Of a stretch of DNA of 42,541 nucleotides, positions 36,994 through 42,541 are shown in pieces. The notes beneath the pieces were generated by a model that had not been told where the DNA came from, made no database searches, and saw only the letters and a program-made list of their open reading frames with translations. Numbering within the stretch: position 1 is the stretch's first letter; each line of letters begins with the position of its first letter. Location of the stretch: NCBI GenBank assembly GCA_050011095.1, contig JBEKJU010000023.1, positions 1 to 42,541 on the forward strand, in the 5' to 3' direction. The DNA is from Syntrophorhabdales bacterium. GTDB lineage: Bacteria; Desulfobacterota; Syntrophorhabdia; Syntrophorhabdales; WCHB1-27. The position numbers were made by a program, and so were the translations under genes.

Positions 36994-37020
36994 AGGCAAA
37001 GGCCCCACACCACGCTTCGC

Positions 37021-37059
37021 GACCGGGTGCGGGCGGACCGCACCCGGTCATCCTTCTCT
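37021..37059 (+). terminator. Putative terminator hairpin after iscU
   Basis: Perfect 12-bp stem GACCGGGTGCGG-GCGGA-CCGCACCCGGTC with only a weak pyrimidine tail. Confidence 0.45.
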
Positions 37060-37246
37060 ACCATCATCACGGCCCTCCACAGGCTAAAACGTCCCAATGT
37101 CGCCCATACACCCCCTTCTTACCCGCCCTCTCGTGGGTGCGCCCCGATACCGGTTCGCCGTCGTGGCCGCGAATTGGCGGAAGATACCGAAAAACAACAA
37201 TAGATTCGCACTCCTGAGCCCTTGGGGGAAATCCAAAAAAAAAGAG

Positions 37247-37275
37247 TTGACAAAAAAAGAGGCTCCAAGTATATT
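37247..37275 (+). promoter_or_regulatory. sigma70 promoter of the dcw cluster (Pmra)
   Basis: TTGACA (37247-37252), 17 nt, TATATT (37270-37275), with an A-tract UP element upstream. Confidence 0.75.
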
Positions 37276-37282
37276 GGCTCTA

Positions 37283-37318
37283 GTGGGAAGAAGTGGTATC
37301 CATGTGGTACACGGTGGG
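37283..37318 (+). promoter_or_regulatory. MraZ-binding direct repeats
   Basis: GTGGG (37283), GTGGT (37293), GTGGT (37304) and GTGGG (37314), spaced 10-11 nt apart, between the promoter and the mraZ start. Confidence 0.75.
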
Positions 37319-37322
37319 ATAG

Positions 37323-37841
37323 ATGCTATCCGGCAGATATGAATACGCGATCGATGATAAAGGAAGGCTCAGTATTCCAGCCAAGTTCCGGGATATTCTT
37401 GCATCCCGCTGCGAACCGCAGAAGAGGCGGATCGAGGACCACTACATCACGGAAAGGGCATCGGCCAAAAAGACGGCCGGCCCGCCGGTCGAGCTGAAGC
37501 TCATCCTCACGAACCTCGACGGCTGCATCGTGGCCTATCCGGAAAGCGAATGGGAAGAGCTTCAGGGCAGAATAGCACGGTCGGCCATTGCCAGGAAGGA
37601 GGCGAAGAACTTCCTGAGGTTTTTTTATTCCGGTGCGTCCGACTGCCCGATAGACAGGCTCGGACGGATCCTCATACCGCAATATCTAAGGAATTACGCG
37701 GCAATCAAAAAGAATGTCGTCATAGTAGGGATGACTACAAAGATAGAGATATGGGCCGAAGAGGCATGGAGCGAGGTCATGAATCGGGTGACGTCGGATC
37801 CCGACCAAATGGCTGACATCGCTTCAGAACTCGACCTTTGA
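37323..37841 (+). CDS. mraZ: Division/cell-wall cluster transcriptional repressor MraZ
   Basis: IDDKGRLSIPAKFR and IDRLGRILIP motifs, IEIW. Carries an internal insertion (172 aa total). Confidence 0.93.
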   Translation: MLSGRYEYAIDDKGRLSIPAKFRDILASRCEPQKRRIEDHYITERASAKKTAGPPVELKLILTNLDGCIVAYPESEWEELQGRIARSAIARKEAKNFLRFFYSGASDCPIDRLGRILIPQYLRNYAAIKKNVVIVGMTTKIEIWAEEAWSEVMNRVTSDPDQMADIASELDL

Positions 37842-38707
37842 TGGCATCTGCCCATATTCCCGTCCTCCTTGAAGAGGTGGTGCACAACCTGATCGACGTC
37901 GACGACGAGCTGCTCGTGGACGCGACGATAGGGGGCGGGGGACACGGATATTACGCACTGGAAAAGTATGGCGGTCTAAGGCTCGTGGGGATAGACGCCG
38001 ATGAAGAGGCGTTGGCCCTGGCAGGTGTTCGTCTCTCGCCTTTTAAGGAGCGGGTGCTCTTGAGAAAGGGGAACTTCAGGGATCTCGGACGCATCTTGCA
38101 GGAGGAGTCGATCGACGAGGTCGATGCGGTGCTTTTTGACCTCGGCATATCAATGTACCAGATGTCGGGCGAGAGGGGCTTCAGCTTCGCCGACGAGACA
38201 AGCCTTGACATGCGTATCGACCGGGAGGAGGCGCTCACGGCCCGGGAGGTGGTGAACAGGTATGGCTACCGCGCCCTGACGCGCATCATCCGCGAGTATG
38301 GGGACGAAGGTGACGCGGAGAGGATAGCGCGGGCAATCGCGGAGGCGAAAAAGAGGGGACCCATAACGAACGCGAAGGACCTGGCCGACATCATCGCGAA
38401 GGCAAAAAGAGGAAGGGGGAGAATCCACCCCGCCACGAAGACGTTTCAGGCCATACGGATAGAGGTGAACAGGGAGCTCGCGAATCTGGAGAAGGGCCTG
38501 CGGGATGCGACGGAGGTCGTCAAAAGGTCGGGAAGGATCGGTGTCATCACCTTTCATTCCATAGAAGACCGGATGGTGAAGATGTTTTTCAAGGACAACC
38601 CCCTCCTCGCCGCGATAACGAAAAAACCGATCAAGCCCGGCAGGGAGGAGATCATGACGAATCGGAAGGCCAGGAGCGCAAAGTTGAGGATAGCGGAGAA
38701 GCTATGA
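37841..38707 (+). CDS. rsmH: 16S rRNA m4C1402 methyltransferase RsmH (MraW)
   Basis: HIPVL, DATIGGGGH, DLGISMYQ, RGFSF, LDMR, FQAIRIEVN, FHSIEDR, ARSAKLR. Confidence 0.96.
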   Translation: MASAHIPVLLEEVVHNLIDVDDELLVDATIGGGGHGYYALEKYGGLRLVGIDADEEALALAGVRLSPFKERVLLRKGNFRDLGRILQEESIDEVDAVLFDLGISMYQMSGERGFSFADETSLDMRIDREEALTAREVVNRYGYRALTRIIREYGDEGDAERIARAIAEAKKRGPITNAKDLADIIAKAKRGRGRIHPATKTFQAIRIEVNRELANLEKGLRDATEVVKRSGRIGVITFHSIEDRMVKMFFKDNPLLAAITKKPIKPGREEIMTNRKARSAKLRIAEKL

Positions 38708-39033
38708 TCACGAAGGCGATGAGCAGAAGCGCATATATCAGGGTGGAGCGCATACGGTACAGGCGATCGCGGGTATCGCCTCTCGTCGTGGTCGCAACGG
38801 CGATTTCCTGCATTGTCGTGGCGCTGGCCTTCTTCCTTCTGACGAGTGCCTACGAAGAGGCCCGTGGCCAGTTCATGGAAAGGCTCAGAAAGGAAAAAGA
38901 GATCGTTGAGATAAATGAGGCCCTGAAAATGGAGCTAGCGGCTGTCACGCAAAAGGGCTACGTGGAATTTGCCGCGCAGGAAAGACTTGGCCTCAAACGG
39001 CCGAATGACGGGGAGGTCGTTGTCTTGAAATGA
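38704..39033 (+). CDS. ftsL: Cell division protein FtsL
   Basis: 109 aa bitopic protein, one TM plus coiled coil, AQERLGLKRP. Canonical position after rsmH. Confidence 0.8.
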   Translation: MITKAMSRSAYIRVERIRYRRSRVSPLVVVATAISCIVVALAFFLLTSAYEEARGQFMERLRKEKEIVEINEALKMELAAVTQKGYVEFAAQERLGLKRPNDGEVVVLK

Positions 39034-39983
39034 ACAAGAAGTCCAGGAAAAGGGCTTTCCTTGTTTATATCATCATGTGCCTTCTCTATGTTTCCGTCAC
39101 GTTTCGATTGCCTGAAAAAGTGAGTATGAAAAGGATGTCAGAGGACCATACGGCGCCGTCAAAAGGCATGATCTTACCGGTTGAGATTCCGGATTCCACA
39201 GACTGCAACGCCCCTCCACTCCAAAGGGCTCTATCCCCCCTGGCTGCTTCATCAGTACCGGCGGAGGCAGACGAGACAATAAAGGGACCGGACGTCAACG
39301 ACGTGCCGGCCCCGGCAGAGGAGAACCATCAAGCCGACGCCAGCCAGTCCGGGATAGAGCCCTCCCTCCTTATTACGATCCCTGTTGTTTGTCATGCCAT
39401 AAGGGAAGGATGGGTTGAAAAGGAGAGTTTGATTTTCGGAAAAAAGGATGCGTACAATAATGTCATCTGGAAAAAACCCATCGAAATCCTTAAGGATCGC
39501 GACGAAGACGGCATAAGGAATATTCTTAATACAATAGGGCAAGAACGTGTGGTCGAATTCATGAAGAAGGAAGGCTTAAGCCGGTCATCCCGGTTGAGCG
39601 CCGAGGATATCATCCTCGGCAGGGGGTACCTGGTGGACAAGGGAAGGCTGATCGCATTGTACGACAAGCACGTGGGGACGATGTGCGACGAACTCTTCCC
39701 TTTTTCGTTGGGACATATCGGGATCGCGAAGGGCAGGCAGGGATTCGAGATTACGAGCGGCAAGGGGGGGCTGAAAGTGACCGACAGGACCGCGGAGGCC
39801 GAGTGGATGATGCCAAACCTCGCGAACCTGCCAATCAGGCTCGCCATAGAGAAGCTATCCGTCCATACGTCCCGGATCAAGGTGCACGGGAACGGGCGCG
39901 TCACGAATCAGTCCCCAAGGGCCTTCGAGAGGCTGACGGGGGAGCCGGAGTGCGTGATTCAGGGGAAGGCTGAAAACGAATGA
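39030..39983 (+). CDS. Degenerate FtsI/PBP3-like protein: TM + vestigial transpeptidase fold + PASTA domain, catalytic motifs absent
   Basis: 317 aa in the ftsI slot between ftsL and murE. Residual similarity to transpeptidase segments (IEPSLLITIPVVCHAIREG, IILGRGYLVDKGRLIALY) and a PASTA domain (MPNLANLPIRLA...GNGRVTNQSP). Confidence 0.7.
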   Translation: MNKKSRKRAFLVYIIMCLLYVSVTFRLPEKVSMKRMSEDHTAPSKGMILPVEIPDSTDCNAPPLQRALSPLAASSVPAEADETIKGPDVNDVPAPAEENHQADASQSGIEPSLLITIPVVCHAIREGWVEKESLIFGKKDAYNNVIWKKPIEILKDRDEDGIRNILNTIGQERVVEFMKKEGLSRSSRLSAEDIILGRGYLVDKGRLIALYDKHVGTMCDELFPFSLGHIGIAKGRQGFEITSGKGGLKVTDRTAEAEWMMPNLANLPIRLAIEKLSVHTSRIKVHGNGRVTNQSPRAFERLTGEPECVIQGKAENE

Positions 39984-41437
39984 AGCTCAGGGAACTCCTG
40001 GCCGGTATGCCCGTGATCGCACTCACAGGCGATCCCCCGGGGGGACAGGAGATCACGGGGATCACCAAGGACTCCAGGGAGGTCCGCGAAGGGTTCATGT
40101 TTTTCGCCACGGGCTCGGGAACGTCTTATCTCGCGGATGCCCTCACGAACAGGGCCTCGGTCATCGTTTCCGAAGGGCCGCTGCCCGTTGATGTCCCCTG
40201 CCACGTGGTCACCAGGGACGCGCGGCAGCTCCTTGCGCGCGTTGCGGCGAGGTTCTACGGCCTTCCCTCGCGCACGATGCATGTGACGGGCATTACGGGC
40301 ACCAACGGAAAAACGACCGTGAGCTATCTCATAGAGTCGATTCTGCGCGCGTCGGGCAGGCCGGCGGGCGTGATCGGCACCATCTCCTACCGCTACAACA
40401 ACCACGTACGCAAAGGGCCTAACACGACGCCGGGATCCGTGGAGATCCAGTCGCTCCTCTCGGACATGAAGGAGGAGGGCGTCCGGTACGCGGTCATGGA
40501 GGTCTCTTCCCACGCCCTCGATCAGAGCCGGGTCGATGGGGTCGATTTCGATTGCGCCATATTCACGAACCTCACCCACGACCACCTCGATTATCATGGC
40601 GATGCGGAGCACTACAGAAGGGCCAAGGCCCTCCTCTTCCACCGCTGCCTGAGAGAGAGCGCGAAGGAGAGGAAATACGCGGTCATCAATATCGATGATC
40701 CGAGTGCGGCCTCTCTCATTCCGGCGCCTCCCGTCACGACATTGACATACGGCACGTCGGCTCGGGCCGACGCATACGCCACGTCCATAGACGAGGACAT
40801 CGACGGTCTTACGGTGAGCCTTTCCGTCTGCGGCGCACGGGTGGAGGTATCGACCCCCATGGTGGGCCTTTTCAACGTCTCGAATATCCTCGCGGCCGCG
40901 CTTTTCGGCCATGCCGCGCATGCGGCGCCGGAGGCGGTCGCCTCGGGTATCGCGTCGCTCGCGGGGGTGCCGGGAAGGCTGGAAAGGGTCGCAACGGACA
41001 GGGGTTTTCACGTTTTTGTCGACTATGCCCACACGCCCGACGCCCTGCAGAAGACAATGGAGACCCTCAACCGCGTCCGCGCGGGCAGGTTGATCGTCGT
41101 GTTCGGTTGCGGCGGCGACAGGGACAGGACGAAAAGACCCGTCATGGGCCGGATCGCCTCGACACTTTCGGATGTTGCGATCATCACGTCGGACAATCCG
41201 CGCACGGAGGAGCCCCTGTCGATTATCGAGGAGATCAAGGCGGGTATCACGGGAAACGGCTTCACGACCATAGAGGACAGGAAAGCGGCCATCGCCGAGG
41301 CGATCGCCATGGCAAAAGAGAAGGATGTGGTGCTCGTCGCGGGAAAGGGCCACGAGGATTATCAGATTATCGGGAAGGTCACCTATCCCTTCAGCGACAG
41401 GGAGGTGATCGAGGAGTATCTCCGTGTGGCGTCTTGA
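39980..41437 (+). CDS. murE: UDP-MurNAc-Ala-Glu:meso-diaminopimelate ligase MurE
   Basis: GITGTNGKTT, NTTPG, MEVSSH, FTNLTHDHLDYH, DYAHTPD, CGGDRD, SDNPR (mDAP-specific), AGKGHE. Confidence 0.97.
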   Translation: MKLRELLAGMPVIALTGDPPGGQEITGITKDSREVREGFMFFATGSGTSYLADALTNRASVIVSEGPLPVDVPCHVVTRDARQLLARVAARFYGLPSRTMHVTGITGTNGKTTVSYLIESILRASGRPAGVIGTISYRYNNHVRKGPNTTPGSVEIQSLLSDMKEEGVRYAVMEVSSHALDQSRVDGVDFDCAIFTNLTHDHLDYHGDAEHYRRAKALLFHRCLRESAKERKYAVINIDDPSAASLIPAPPVTTLTYGTSARADAYATSIDEDIDGLTVSLSVCGARVEVSTPMVGLFNVSNILAAALFGHAAHAAPEAVASGIASLAGVPGRLERVATDRGFHVFVDYAHTPDALQKTMETLNRVRAGRLIVVFGCGGDRDRTKRPVMGRIASTLSDVAIITSDNPRTEEPLSIIEEIKAGITGNGFTTIEDRKAAIAEAIAMAKEKDVVLVAGKGHEDYQIIGKVTYPFSDREVIEEYLRVAS

Positions 41438-42541
41438 GACAATCCTCCAGGCTGTGAAGGGAAGCGCCTACAGGGTCGAGAGGGCCGCATTCCCGGCGAT
41501 CTCGACCGATTCGAGGACCATCGGGCCGGGGGAGTTATTCATACCCCTCTCGGGGCCGAACTTTGACGGCCATCTCTTCATCGACGCGGCCTATGGCCGC
41601 TCGGCGGGAGGCAGCCTCTGCGACCGCGGCCGGGAGGAGATATACGCGGCCGTGAGGGGGACGGTCGTCCTCGTCGACGACACGAACCGGGCGCTCCTCG
41701 ACCTCGCGTCCCACAAGAGGCGGGAGATTCCGGGGACCTTCGTCGCCATAACGGGGAGCAACGGCAAGACCACGACAAAGGAACTGCTCGTCCACCTCAT
41801 GGACGGCCTCTTGCCGGTCGTCTTTAATGAGAAAAACTACAATAATCAGATAGGCGTGGCAAAAGCCATGCTGGCCATCGAGAAAGACCCGGAGTATTGC
41901 ATCTTCGAGCTGGGCACGAACCACAGGGGGGAGATACGAACGCTCGCCCGCATGGTGGAGCCCCACATCTCCCTCATCACGAACATCGCCCCGTCTCACC
42001 TCGAAGGCCTCTCGGACCTGGAAGGGGTCCGCGAAGAGAAGCTTGACCTCTTCGAATCGACCCTGCCCGGCGGCACCATCTTTGTCAATGCCGACGATCC
42101 CTCCCTCGCGCCGTACCACAGGGCCGATTGCGCCCGTTACACCTTCGGCATGGGGAAAGGCGCGGACTTCGCGCTCCGGGTGTCGGCCGACAAGGGGCTC
42201 GAGGGGTTTGAGATCGGGCTCACCCTGATGGGCGAAAAGGTCATGACCCATACGCGCCTCCTCGGCCGCCACAACCTCTATAACGTGCTCGCCGCCACGG
42301 CGCTGGCCTTTTCAATGGGTGTGAAAGGGCGGGCGCTCGCGGATGGGATTGCGGCATTCGAGCCATATTCGGGCAGGTTCAGGCCGGTGAGATCGGCCAG
42401 GGGATACATGGTCGTCGATGACGCGTACAACGCGAACCCCGCCTCCATGGAATGGGCCATAACGACACTGACCTCGCTCCCGTGCAGGGGCAAGAGGGTC
42501 GCCATCCTCGGGGAGATGAAGGAACTCGGCGACAGGACGGA
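41424..42541 (+). CDS. murF: UDP-MurNAc-tripeptide:D-Ala-D-Ala ligase MurF (partial, runs off the window end)
   Basis: GTG 41424 reads MWRLETILQAVKG...STDSRTI...GPNFDGH, AITGSNGKTTTKE, NYNNQIG, ELGTNHRGEI, DDAYNANP, LGEMKELG. Not listed in the ORF track because it has no stop in the window. Confidence 0.95.
   Translation, partial: MWRLETILQAVKGSAYRVERAAFPAISTDSRTIGPGELFIPLSGPNFDGHLFIDAAYGRSAGGSLCDRGREEIYAAVRGTVVLVDDTNRALLDLASHKRREIPGTFVAITGSNGKTTTKELLVHLMDGLLPVVFNEKNYNNQIGVAKAMLAIEKDPEYCIFELGTNHRGEIRTLARMVEPHISLITNIAPSHLEGLSDLEGVREEKLDLFESTLPGGTIFVNADDPSLAPYHRADCARYTFGMGKGADFALRVSADKGLEGFEIGLTLMGEKVMTHTRLLGRHNLYNVLAATALAFSMGVKGRALADGIAAFEPYSGRFRPVRSARGYMVVDDAYNANPASMEWAITTLTSLPCRGKRVAILGEMKELGDRT

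Overview
A ~60% GC chromosomal window from an anaerobic Gram-negative bacterium. Gene content and order suggest Desulfobacterota, probably a Syntrophorhabdus-like syntroph (inference). Left to right: a palindrome-rich element at the edge; nicotinamidase; an O2-independent ergothioneine locus (EgtD histidine trimethyltransferase plus a metallopterin oxidoreductase-cysteine desulfurase fusion, MES type); a sigma28-type chemotaxis operon (STAS-cheY-cheA-cheW-cheR-cheD-cheB) with no chemoreceptor and an MshEN-like c-di-GMP motif in CheA; several exported accessory proteins, including a frameshifted gene and a sigma54-driven gene; a BamD-LptA fusion lipoprotein; rsmG-parA-parB; atpF'FHAGDC plus a B3/4 editing protein; a Pro/Gln-rich lipoprotein; a divergent membrane pyrophosphatase; an aminotransferase-serA-adenine deaminase-HAD operon (ade appears to start at ATA); an IscS-like protein whose PLP lysine is replaced by Gln, followed by iscU; and the start of the dcw cluster (mraZ-rsmH-ftsL-[degenerate, apparently catalytically dead FtsI-like protein]-murE-murF). 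No rRNA, tRNA, CRISPR array or transposase was recognised. The most unusual observations are the BamD-LptA fusion, the pseudo-FtsI, the MES/EgtD locus and the Lys-to-Gln IscS.
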